Origin: Rhabdothermincola salaria
GTDB taxonomy: Bacteria > Actinomycetota > Acidimicrobiia > Acidimicrobiales > Acidimicrobilacustridaceae
Assembly (NCBI RefSeq): GCF_021246445.1
Contig: NZ_JAJQXW010000002.1
Span: 62,001-126,000, forward strand
DNA: 64,000 nucleotides
Direction: 5' to 3'
Each line of letters starts with the position of its first letter. Position 1 is the stretch's first letter. Position numbers and translations under genes: made by a program. A model generated the notes under the pieces. It was not told where the DNA came from. It saw only the letters and a program-made list of their open reading frames with translations, and did not search any database. Positions 1-8,683 of the stretch are shown here, in pieces.

Positions 1-811
1 CGCGCATCATGGCGAGGTCGTCGGCGAGCCCCACCGGGTTGGGCTCGAGCTTCACCTCACGCACGACGGACATGCCCTGGCGCAGAGCCTCGTCGCGGAA
101 GTAGTCGGCGTAGTCCTTGCCGGACGAGCCCGCCTCCCAGAACAGGCCGACCTTCTCGTGGCCCTGGGCGGCCAGCCACTGCGCGCACATCACGCCCTCG
201 GTGGGGATGTCGCCGTTGGCGACGGTGAAGTTGTACTCCGAGGCGTACTTGTGGGCGCCCGTCCAGCCGATGCAGGCCACGCCGAGCTCGTTGGCGGTGT
301 CCTGCACCACCAGGCAGTTGTCGGAGATCATCGGCCCGAGCACGACCACGCAGCCCTGCTCGACGAGCCACGTGTAGCCGTCGATGACCTTGCGGTAGTT
401 CTCACGAGGGAGGCCGCGCGCGTCGGCGATGACGAGCTGGACGGGGCTGCGGGCCCACACCCCTTCGTTGAGGGCGTCCTCGATGGCGAGGATGGTCGGA
501 TCGATCCAGTCGGCGAGCAGCTGGTTGAGGTCCATGTCGATGAGGATCCCGATCTTCACCGGCTCGAAGGGGTCCCCCTGGGTCTGCAGGCCACGCGTCG
601 GCGGATAGATCGTGATGTTCTGCACGGCGTCGTCGACCGCCGGGCCCCCGCCCTGCCACCAGTACTGGGTGTCGGCCTCGCCGGAGCCCCCCTCGAGGTG
701 GGCCCGGGTGCCGTGGGCCACGTTGGTGACGGCGCGGTCCTCCTGGGCGATGCCCAGGTCGACCGGGGCCGGGAACATCCGCTGGGCGTACTCGATCTCG
801 TCGTTGCTCAC
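1..811 (-). CDS. LivJ/PBP1-type ABC substrate-binding family protein, 3'-truncated by the window edge (absent from the ORF track)
   Basis: Manual translation from GTG at 811 (GGGGAA RBS): MSNDEIEY...EPVKIGILID...VVVLGPMISDN...HEKVGLFWEAGSSGKDYADYFRDEA. Type I periplasmic binding-fold pattern; frame open to base 1. Confidence 0.75.
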   Translation of the reverse strand, partial: MSNDEIEYAQRMFPAPVDLGIAQEDRAVTNVAHGTRAHLEGGSGEADTQYWWQGGGPAVDDAVQNITIYPPTRGLQTQGDPFEPVKIGILIDMDLNQLLADWIDPTILAIEDALNEGVWARSPVQLVIADARGLPRENYRKVIDGYTWLVEQGCVVVLGPMISDNCLVVQDTANELGVACIGWTGAHKYASEYNFTVANGDIPTEGVMCAQWLAAQGHEKVGLFWEAGSSGKDYADYFRDEALRQGMSVVREVKLEPNPVGLADDLAMMR

Positions 812-978
812 TGGTTCCCCCGTGCTCGCGACGGCCTCTGCCGCCGAGGTGTGGCGCGGACCCACTCGGCTCCGCGGGCCCGAACGTAGCAGGGTTCAGT
901 CAATTGAGTTACGGTTCACTCCACGAACGGGTGCGCGCCGCCGCGCACCCCGACTCCAGCCTGTAGGGGGCACCCACC

Positions 979-2256
979 ATGCATGCCGACGACCTGATCC
1001 TCATCAGCGTGGACGACCACCTGGTCGAGCCGCCCGACATGTTCGACGACCACACCCCCGCCAAGTGGAAGGACCGCTTCCCCCGCGTCGAGCGCAACGA
1101 CGCCGGCGACGACGTCTGGGTGTTCGAGGGCGCCACCATCCCCAACATCGGCCTCAACGCCGTGGCCGGCCGACCCAAGGAGGAGTACGGCATCGAGCCG
1201 ACGGCCTTCGACGAGATCCGCGAGGGGTGCTGGAACGTCCACGAGCGGGTCAAGGACATGGACGCCGGGGGCGTGCTCGGCTCCATGAACTTCCCGTCCT
1301 TCCCCGCCTTCAGCGGGCGCCTCTTCGCCGCCTGCGACGACAAGGACCTGGCCCTCGACGTGGTGCGGGCCTACAACGACTGGCACGTCGACGAGTGGTG
1401 CGGCGCCTACCCGGACCGCTTCATCCCCATGGGCCTGCCGGTGCTCTGGGACCCCGAGCTGGCCGCGGAGGAGGTCCGTCGTCTGGCGAAGAAGGGCGTG
1501 CACTCGCTCACCTTCACCGAGAACCCCTACACGCTGGGCTACCCGAGCTTCCACAGCGACCACTGGGACCCGCTCTGGAAGGCCGTGTGCGACACCGACA
1601 CCGTGCTGTCGATCCACCTCGGTTCGTCGGGGCAGCTGGCCATCACCGCCCCCGACGCGCCGGTCGACGTCATGATCACCCTGCAGCCCATGAACATCGC
1701 CTACGCGGCGGCGGACCTGCTGTGGTCGCGCATCCCCAAGCAGTTCCCCGACATCAGGATCGCCCTGTCCGAGGGCGGCACCGGCTGGATCCCCTACTTC
1801 CTCGACCGGGCCGACCGCACCTACGACATGCACCACCTCTGGACCGGCCAGGACTTCGGCGACCAGCGGCCGAGCGACATCTTCCGCAAGCACTTCCTCA
1901 CCTGCTTCATCGCCGACCCGGTGGGCGTCGGCCTCCGCGACGAGATCGGCATCGACAACATCGCCTGGGAGCTCGACTACCCGCACTCGGACTCCTCGTG
2001 GCCCTTCGCTCCCGAGGAGCTGGCCGAGGTGGCCGAAGGGGTCCCCGACGCCGACCTGCACAAGATGGGCTACGAGAACGCCATGCGCTGGTACCACTGG
2101 GACCCGTTCGCCAACGGCCGCACCCGCGAGGAGTCCACCGTCGGCGCCCTGCGCGAGAAGGCCCGCGGCCACGACGTGACCACCAAGTCCTACGACAAGG
2201 GCCGCCGCGAGAAGCACGTCGGCATCGAGATCGGCAAGCTGGCCCCCACCGCCTGA
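979..2256 (+). CDS. Amidohydrolase family 2 protein
   Basis: ISVDDHLVEP, AYNDW, SIHLG, SEGGTGW and WELDYPHSDSSWP motifs. Confidence 0.92.
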   Translation: MHADDLILISVDDHLVEPPDMFDDHTPAKWKDRFPRVERNDAGDDVWVFEGATIPNIGLNAVAGRPKEEYGIEPTAFDEIREGCWNVHERVKDMDAGGVLGSMNFPSFPAFSGRLFAACDDKDLALDVVRAYNDWHVDEWCGAYPDRFIPMGLPVLWDPELAAEEVRRLAKKGVHSLTFTENPYTLGYPSFHSDHWDPLWKAVCDTDTVLSIHLGSSGQLAITAPDAPVDVMITLQPMNIAYAAADLLWSRIPKQFPDIRIALSEGGTGWIPYFLDRADRTYDMHHLWTGQDFGDQRPSDIFRKHFLTCFIADPVGVGLRDEIGIDNIAWELDYPHSDSSWPFAPEELAEVAEGVPDADLHKMGYENAMRWYHWDPFANGRTREESTVGALREKARGHDVTTKSYDKGRREKHVGIEIGKLAPTA

Positions 2257-2295
2257 ACCGACCGCACCCGGTCGCCCGAACCCGTTCGTCCCCAC

Positions 2296-2340
2296 CCGGC
2301 CCCACGACGAAGGAACCGAGGTTCCTCCCGGTGGGGCCGG
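2296..2340. repeat. GC-rich stem-loop (REP-like or terminator)
   Basis: CCGGCCCCAC...GTGGGGCCGG arms enclosing an inner GGAACC-GA-GGTTCC hairpin. Confidence 0.5.
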
Positions 2341-2386
2341 AGCGCGTGCGAACCGGCCCGCCACCACGAACGTCGATGATGGAGCC

Positions 2387-3178
2387 ATGACCCCCACGAT
2401 CACCCGCCCCGCCGGCCACCCCCTCGTGGGCCTCGAGCTGGTCGACGGCGACGTCGCCGTGCTCACCCTCGACGACGCCGACCACCGCAACGCCCTGAGC
2501 ATCGAGCTCTCCCTCGACCTCGGCGCCGCGGTCGAGGGAGCCCTCGCGTCGGGCGTGGGCGCGATCGTCCTGTGCGCCGCCGGCCCGGTGTTCTGCGCCG
2601 GGGGCGCCCTCGACGACCTCATCACCCCCCGGGCCACGCTGGAGGAGACCTACACCGGCTTCGTGGCCCTCGCCGACTGCCCGGTCGTCACGGTGGCCGC
2701 GGTGGGCGGCGCCGCCATCGGCGCCGGGGTCAACCTGCCGCTGGCCTGCGACGTGGTCGTCACCTCGCCGGCGGCCCGCTTCGATCCCCGTCTGCTCGAC
2801 CTCGGCATCCACCCGGGCGGCGGCCAGCTGTGGCGTCTGGTCGACCGGGTGGGTCGCCAGGGCGCCGCCGCCCTGTCGTTGTGCGGCGACGTGCTCGACG
2901 GCGCCGAGGCCGAGGCCAAGGGGTTGGCCTGGCGCTGCGTCGCCGACGACGACCTGGTGCCCACCGCGCTGCGGCTGGCGCGACGCGCCGCCGGCCGCCC
3001 CCGTGCCGCGGTGCTCCGGGCCAAGCAGACGCTCGACGCCAGCCTCGCCATCGGCAGCGCCGAGGAGGCCATGGCCCTCGAGCTCGAGGCCCAACGCCGC
3101 TCCATGGCCGACCCCGACCTCCCGGGTCGCGTCACCGCGCTTCAGGACTCCCTGGCCCGCCGCACCCGCCAGCCCTGA
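2387..3178 (+). CDS. Enoyl-CoA hydratase/isomerase (crotonase) family protein
   Basis: RNAL, FCAGG, GAAIGAG-NL-LACD, GIHPGGG motifs; GGAG RBS. Confidence 0.9.
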   Translation: MTPTITRPAGHPLVGLELVDGDVAVLTLDDADHRNALSIELSLDLGAAVEGALASGVGAIVLCAAGPVFCAGGALDDLITPRATLEETYTGFVALADCPVVTVAAVGGAAIGAGVNLPLACDVVVTSPAARFDPRLLDLGIHPGGGQLWRLVDRVGRQGAAALSLCGDVLDGAEAEAKGLAWRCVADDDLVPTALRLARRAAGRPRAAVLRAKQTLDASLAIGSAEEAMALELEAQRRSMADPDLPGRVTALQDSLARRTRQP

Positions 3179-3213
3179 CCCACCCCACCCCACCCCACCC
3201 CACCCCACCCCAC
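3179..3213. repeat. (CCCCA)6 simple sequence repeat; (TGGGG)n on the minus strand
   Basis: Six perfect CCCCA units plus a partial unit directly after the stop codon at 3178. Confidence 0.9.
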
Positions 3214-3215
3214 GC

Positions 3216-3325
3216 TTCTTGCATGGTTTCGACGCGCCCCACGACGCCGTTCTCATGCAAGAACGTCCAACGATCTGTTCTTGCATGGTTTCGGCGTGCC
3301 CCACGACGCCGTTCTCATGCAAGAA
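3216..3325. repeat. Tandem pair of 48-bp REP-like palindromic units
   Basis: Units 3216-3263 and 3278-3325, each TTCTTGCATG...CATGCAAGAA (10-bp terminal inverted repeats), 2 mismatches between copies, 14-bp spacer. Confidence 0.85.
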
Positions 3326-3338
3326 CGCGAGGGGGGGG

Positions 3339-4970
3339 TCAGCGCTTGTCGTAGGTGATGCCGGCGGCGTCGACGTCCCAGGTGGCGTCGGTGACGCCCT
3401 CGTCGCGCAGCTCGCGCTTGAGCACGCGACCGACTGGGGAGCGCGGGAGCTCGGCGCGGAACTCGATGTAGCGGGGCAGGGCGAAGTAGGGGAGCTCGTC
3501 GACGCACCAACGGAAGAGCTCTTCCTCGGTGACGGCCTGGCCCTCGGCGACGGTGGCGGTGACCTTGAGGTCGTCCTCGGTGAGCTCGCTGAGCACGGCG
3601 TGCACGGCGACGTCGGCGAGGGCGCCATGGCCCATGAGGATGCGCTCGACCTCGAAGCTGGAGATGTTCTCGCCCCGGCGGCGCAGGTAGTCGGCCTTGC
3701 GGTCGACGAAGAAGAGGAAGTCCTCGTCGTCGACGAGGCCGATGTCGCCGGTGTGGTACCACCAGTTGCGGCTGGTGGCCACGGTGGCCTCGGGCCGACC
3801 CCAGTAGCCGGCAAACATCACCTCGGGGCGCTTGGGCCGGATGACGATCTCGCCCTCGGTTCCGCGCGGCACCTCGTTGTCGTCGTCGTCGAAGATGCGC
3901 ACGTCGAAGTACTCGTCGTTGATGACGCCAGCGGCGTTGGGCTTGTTGCGTACGCCGTGGGGCTGCCAGGAGATGAGGCTGGCCTCGGTGACGCCGTAGG
4001 CGCCGCTGAAGGTGGTGACCCCGAAGCGCTCGCGGATGACGTCGTCGACCTCGACGGGCATCGGGGCGGCACCGATGAGCCGCAGCGACGTGTTGGCCTC
4101 CGGTGCCCCCGACCGGGGCATCTCGGGGCGGTCGACGTCGTGGGCCAGGAGGTAGGCCATGGTCCCCAACGTGGAGGTGACGGTGGCCCCGGTGCGGTTC
4201 ATCTCCGGCCAGAAGTTCGACACCGAGAACCGCCGGTAGATGGCCGAGCGCCCGCCCCACACCAACGGGCCGAGCACCGCGGTGGTGATGGCGTTGAAGT
4301 GGAACAGCGGCAGCGGCGTCCACACCACGTCGTCGGCGGTGCGCTCCCAGCAGATCCCGATCTGGCGGGTCAGGGCCTCGTGGTAGTTGTGGCTGAGCAT
4401 GCAGCCCTTGGACGGACCGGTGGTGCCGCCGGTGTAGATGAAGGTGCCCAGATCCGACGGGCGGATGTCGACGCTCGGCGGGGCGGCGTCGGCGGTGAGC
4501 AGGTCGGCCCAGGTGTGGACCGTCGCCGACCCCATGGTCGGCGTCTCCGCGGCGATGACCACCACGTGGCCCAGGTCCGGCAGGTCCGGTGCGACCCGCT
4601 GGGCCCGGTCGGCCAGATCGGCCTCGACCACCAGCACGGTGGCGCCCGAGTCGTGCAGCTGGTGGCGCAGGTAGTCGCCCTTGTAGGCGGTGTTGACGGG
4701 CACGGCGATGGCGCCGGTCCACACGATCCCCCACCAGGCCAACATCGCCTCGGCGGAGTTCTCGATGAGCGTCGCCACCCGGTCGCCCTTGGTCACCCCC
4801 AGGTCGGCGAGCGCCGTGGCCAGGCGGCGCGCCGTGTCGTGCACCTCGGCGGCGGACACCTTGGTGCCGCACACGTCGAGGTACTCGCTCGAGGGATCCG
4901 TCTCGAGTCGATGCTCCAACAGCTCGATGATCGTGGTCTGCTCGCCACTCACCCAGACGTCGCCAGCCAT
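3339..4970 (-). CDS. ATP-dependent acyl-CoA ligase (crotonobetaine/carnitine-CoA ligase-like)
   Basis: YTGGTTGPSKG, YGVTE, WYHTGD, RRRGENISSFEVE; ATG at 4970 with AGGGG RBS. Confidence 0.9.
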   Translation of the reverse strand: MAGDVWVSGEQTTIIELLEHRLETDPSSEYLDVCGTKVSAAEVHDTARRLATALADLGVTKGDRVATLIENSAEAMLAWWGIVWTGAIAVPVNTAYKGDYLRHQLHDSGATVLVVEADLADRAQRVAPDLPDLGHVVVIAAETPTMGSATVHTWADLLTADAAPPSVDIRPSDLGTFIYTGGTTGPSKGCMLSHNYHEALTRQIGICWERTADDVVWTPLPLFHFNAITTAVLGPLVWGGRSAIYRRFSVSNFWPEMNRTGATVTSTLGTMAYLLAHDVDRPEMPRSGAPEANTSLRLIGAAPMPVEVDDVIRERFGVTTFSGAYGVTEASLISWQPHGVRNKPNAAGVINDEYFDVRIFDDDDNEVPRGTEGEIVIRPKRPEVMFAGYWGRPEATVATSRNWWYHTGDIGLVDDEDFLFFVDRKADYLRRRGENISSFEVERILMGHGALADVAVHAVLSELTEDDLKVTATVAEGQAVTEEELFRWCVDELPYFALPRYIEFRAELPRSPVGRVLKRELRDEGVTDATWDVDAAGITYDKR

Positions 4971-5041
4971 GTAGTCCCCTTCGTGGGCTCGTCGGAGGCC
5001 GAGTCCGACACCCCTGCCGAACGACGCCACCCTACGTGCAT

Positions 5042-5053
5042 CATGTATCCAAT
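5042..5053. promoter_or_regulatory. Putative GntR (VanR/FadR-type) operator
   Basis: CATGTATCCAAT in the AT-rich patch between divergent CoA ligases; similar to the site at 8626-8637. Confidence 0.4.
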
Positions 5054-5170
5054 CCGGATGTCCGGGGGTCCGCGACGCCGCTCGCGCCCCCGAGGCGCTC
5101 ACCGCTCCCCCGGTGCACCGCTCCGCCCGCACCGTCCACGTGCGAGCGCAGATCGTGCGATCCTGAACGG

Positions 5171-6775
5171 GTGACTGACGAGATCCCCGTTCCCGACGAC
5201 CTGCCCACCACCGTCGGCGGCGCCCTCGAGCGAGCGGCCCGCCGGTTCCCGGAGCTCGAGGCCCTCGTGGAGGGCGATCTCCGCCTCAGCTACCCGCAGC
5301 TGCTCGACGCCGTCGACGACGCGGGCCGAGCCCTCGTCGCCAGCGGCATCGAGCCCGGCGATCGGGTGGCGATGTGGGCCCCCAACTGCGCCGAGTGGGT
5401 CGTCGCCGCCTCGGCCGTTCACCGCGTCGGCGCCGTGCTGGTGCCGCTCAACACCCGGTTCAAGGGGCCCGAGGCGGCCTACATCCTCAACACCTCGCGC
5501 GCCCGGCTGCTGTTCACGGTGTCGGACTTCCTCGACACCGACTACGTCGAGATGCTGGGCGACCGCGGCGACGTGCCGTCGGTGGAGGAGGTCGTCGTGC
5601 TGAGGGGCCCGGCCCGTGGCGACACCGTCGGGTGGTCGGACTTCCTCGCCCGCGCCGCCTCGGTGGCACCCGACGCCGCCGCCGAACGGGCCGCCGCCAT
5701 CGACGGCGACGACATGGCCAGCATCTTGTTCACCTCGGGCACCACCGGCGCCCCCAAGGGAGCCCCCATGCTGCACCGCAGCCTGGTGCGGGCCTACTGG
5801 TCGTGGGCCAGCGTGGTGGGCCTGGAGGAGGGCGACCGGTACCTGATCGTCAACCCCTTCTTCCACTCCTTCGGCCTCAACTCGGGCATCCTGGCCGCCT
5901 ACCTCAAGGGCGCCACGATCATCCCCCATGCCGTGTTCGACGTCCCGGCGGTGATGAAGCGGGTCGAGGAGGAGAAGGTCACCATGCTCCCCGGACCCCC
6001 GGCCATCTACCAGACGATGCTCGACCACCCGAACCTCAACGACCACGACCTGTCGTCGCTGCGCCTGTCGGTCACCGGGGCGGCGGCGGTGCCGGTGGAG
6101 ATGATCCGGCGCATGCGCGAGGAGCTCACGTTCAAGACCATCGTCACCGGCTACGGCCTCACCGAGGTCCACGGCATCGCCACCATGTGCCGCCACGGCG
6201 ACGACCCCGAGATCATCTCGCAGACCTCCGGGCGGGCCATCCCCGACGTGGAGGTGCGCGTGATCGACGAGGACGGCAACCCCCTCCCCGCCGGCCAGGC
6301 CGGCGAGGTCGTCGTGCGGGGCTACGTGGTCATGCCCGGGTACTTCGAGAACCCCGAGGCGACGGCCGAGACCATCGACGCCGACGGGTGGTTGCACACC
6401 GGCGACATCGGGGTCATGGACGATGCCGGCAACCTCACCATCACCGACCGCATCAAGGACATGTTCATCGTGGGCGGCTTCAACGCCTATCCCGCCGAGA
6501 TCGAGGGCGTCATCCTGCGCCACCCCGCCGTGAACCAGGTGGCGGTCGTCGGGGTGCCCGACCGCCGCATGGGCGAGGTGGGCATGGCCTTCCTGGTGCT
6601 GCGCCCGGGTGCGGAGCTCTCCGAGGAGGAGCTGGTGGCCTGGTGCCGCGAGCAGATGGCCAACTACAAGGTGCCGCGGCACGTGCGCATCGTCGAGTCG
6701 CTCCCGATGAACGCCAGCAACAAGGTGCTCAAGTTCCAGCTGCGCGACGAGGGCATCGCCTCCCTCGACAGCTGA
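5171..6775 (+). CDS. FadD3-family acyl-CoA ligase
   Basis: FTSGTTGAPKG, NPFFHSFG, GYGLTE, KDMFIVGGFNAYPAEIE, MANYKVPR as in FadD3-type ligases. Confidence 0.88.
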   Translation: MTDEIPVPDDLPTTVGGALERAARRFPELEALVEGDLRLSYPQLLDAVDDAGRALVASGIEPGDRVAMWAPNCAEWVVAASAVHRVGAVLVPLNTRFKGPEAAYILNTSRARLLFTVSDFLDTDYVEMLGDRGDVPSVEEVVVLRGPARGDTVGWSDFLARAASVAPDAAAERAAAIDGDDMASILFTSGTTGAPKGAPMLHRSLVRAYWSWASVVGLEEGDRYLIVNPFFHSFGLNSGILAAYLKGATIIPHAVFDVPAVMKRVEEEKVTMLPGPPAIYQTMLDHPNLNDHDLSSLRLSVTGAAAVPVEMIRRMREELTFKTIVTGYGLTEVHGIATMCRHGDDPEIISQTSGRAIPDVEVRVIDEDGNPLPAGQAGEVVVRGYVVMPGYFENPEATAETIDADGWLHTGDIGVMDDAGNLTITDRIKDMFIVGGFNAYPAEIEGVILRHPAVNQVAVVGVPDRRMGEVGMAFLVLRPGAELSEEELVAWCREQMANYKVPRHVRIVESLPMNASNKVLKFQLRDEGIASLDS

Positions 6776-6799
6776 CCCGGGGTCGCCACCGCGGGGCAG

Positions 6800-6826
6800 G
6801 ATGGGGACGTCCCCATCTTGTATATT
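6800..6826 (+). terminator. Intrinsic terminator after the fadD3-like gene
   Basis: Perfect palindrome GATGGGGACGTCCCCATC (6800-6817) followed by the T-rich TTGTATATT. Confidence 0.6.
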
Positions 6827-6884
6827 TGATGCGTCTTCGCCGTTCGGGCGGTGGCGTCCCCCCCCACCACGAGGAGCTCGCGCC

Positions 6885-7811
6885 GTGGCCTCCAAGCGCA
6901 CCCCGTTCCCCCGCCCCCTGCCGATCGGCTGGTTCGGTCTGGCCCGCACCGACGAGTTCACCGAGGCGGTCACCACGGTGGAGGCTTTCGGACGCGAGGT
7001 GGTCGTCTGGTTCGACGGCGAGCACCACCACGCCGTCGACTCCGTGTGCCCCCACCTCGGTGCCCACCTCGGCGTCGGCGGCCGGGTGGAGGAGGGCTGC
7101 CTGGTCTGCCCCTTCCACGAGTGGTCGTTCGGGGCCGACGGGACCAACGTCGCCATCCCCTACGCCGACCGACCCAACCGCAAGGCCCGCTTGGGCACCT
7201 ATCCCACCATGGTGCGCAACGGGCTCCTGCTGGCCTGGTACCACCCCGACCGCGACGTGACGCCCACGTTCGAGGTGCCCCAGCGCATCACCGACGACAT
7301 GGTCGAGGTGGGCCGCCTCGACCGCGTGGTGCCCACCGTGTGGCAGGAGATCGCCGAGAACTCCGTCGACATGGCCCACTTCAAGTCGGTCCACGGCACC
7401 GGCCAGGTGAGCCCCATCGGAGAGATGACGATGGACGGCCCCTTCCGCACCGTGCGCAGCGAGCAGGTGTTCCGCTCGGCCCGGGGCGACTTCCCCGGCA
7501 CCATCGAGTCCAACAGCTGCGGCCCGGGCGTGGGCATCGTCCACTTCGACCTCATGGGCCGGGTCACCCAGGTGTCGTCCACCACCCCGATCGACGACGA
7601 GTCGTGCCGGGTGCGCTTCACCTTCTACACCGACGGCAGCGAGATCGCCGGCAAGATCGCGCCCGGGTTCGCCGCCGAGGTCGAGCGCCAGTTCGACCAG
7701 GACATCCCGATCTGGGCCCACAAGACGTTCCTGACGGTGCCCGCCCTGGCCCCCAGCGAGAAGCCGATCATGGAGTTCCGCAAGTGGGCCGACCAGTTCT
7801 ACGCATCCTGA
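6885..7811 (+). CDS. Rieske non-heme iron oxygenase, KshA-like
   Basis: CPHLGAH...CPFH Rieske motif; ENSVDMAHFKSVH and QDIPIW mononuclear-iron motifs; GAGGAG RBS before GTG. Confidence 0.88.
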   Translation: MASKRTPFPRPLPIGWFGLARTDEFTEAVTTVEAFGREVVVWFDGEHHHAVDSVCPHLGAHLGVGGRVEEGCLVCPFHEWSFGADGTNVAIPYADRPNRKARLGTYPTMVRNGLLLAWYHPDRDVTPTFEVPQRITDDMVEVGRLDRVVPTVWQEIAENSVDMAHFKSVHGTGQVSPIGEMTMDGPFRTVRSEQVFRSARGDFPGTIESNSCGPGVGIVHFDLMGRVTQVSSTTPIDDESCRVRFTFYTDGSEIAGKIAPGFAAEVERQFDQDIPIWAHKTFLTVPALAPSEKPIMEFRKWADQFYAS

Positions 7812-7845
7812 TGGCATGCCCCGACCCGACCGGGTGGGGCGCCCC

Positions 7846-8604
7846 TCAGCGCAGGGCCTCGCCTCGTGGGTCGAGGTAGATGTCGGGCACGTCGATCTCG
7901 GGGTGCGCCAGCATCAAGGCGGTGATCTCCGCCAGCTGACGGCCGACGTCGTCGACGTGCATCACGGTGCCCGAGATGCCCACCGCGGCCCAGCGCTCGA
8001 GCGCGGTCGCCAGGTGTTCGGAGGCGCCCATCAGGTCGCCGAACCCGGTCGGCATGGTGGCCCCCATGATCACCCGCTGGAAGCGGCGTTCGGGGTGCTC
8101 GTGGCGCCAGTACCGGATGGCGGTGTCAAGGGCCGCCTTGGATGACGCGTAGGGCGCCAGGCCCCAGCGCACCTCACCAGCGGACTCCGAGGAGATGAAC
8201 GACACGATGCCCTCGGGGGAGAGCACCTCTACGGCCGCCTGGGCCACCATCGACGGGCCCACCACGTTCACCTGGTACGCCGCCGTCCAGTCGTCGACCT
8301 GGGTCTCACGGAGGGGTCGCAGCGTGGCGAAGCCGGCGGAGTAGAGCACGACGTCGAGGCCGCCCATGAGCGCCACGGCCCGGGCGACGACCTCCTCGGC
8401 CTTCCCGGGCTCGGTGACGTCGGCGGCCACCACGTGACCGGCGCCGAGCTCGTCGCACAGGTCCTGGAGGGCGTCGGCCCGTCGCGAGCTCACGCACACC
8501 TCGGCGCCGAGCGCGTGGGCGCACGAGGCGTAGGCCCGCCCGATGCCCGACGAGGCCCCGACGACCAGCACCCTCACCCCGTCCAGCGACAACGACTGCG
8601 CCAT
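7846..8604 (-). CDS. SDR family oxidoreductase
   Basis: GASSGIG and YASSK; ATG with GGGGGAG RBS. Confidence 0.88.
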   Translation of the reverse strand: MAQSLSLDGVRVLVVGASSGIGRAYASCAHALGAEVCVSSRRADALQDLCDELGAGHVVAADVTEPGKAEEVVARAVALMGGLDVVLYSAGFATLRPLRETQVDDWTAAYQVNVVGPSMVAQAAVEVLSPEGIVSFISSESAGEVRWGLAPYASSKAALDTAIRYWRHEHPERRFQRVIMGATMPTGFGDLMGASEHLATALERWAAVGISGTVMHVDDVGRQLAEITALMLAHPEIDVPDIYLDPRGEALR

Positions 8605-8625
8605 GTCTCCCCCTCGGTGCGCTCG

Positions 8626-8637
8626 GTTGGATGCAAT
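8626..8637. promoter_or_regulatory. Putative GntR (VanR-type) operator overlapping the -10 (TATATT, minus strand) of the SDR gene
   Basis: GTTGGATGCAAT, imperfect palindrome resembling ATTGGATCCAAT. Confidence 0.45.
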
Positions 8638-8683
8638 ATACGTCCCCGTCCCGAGGGGGTCGGCCGGGACGCGGCGCTGCGGG

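Noticed and set aside
3216..3325. Possible mini-CRISPR array
   Set aside because: Only two 48-bp units with a 14-bp spacer and no cas genes; fits REP-like elements.
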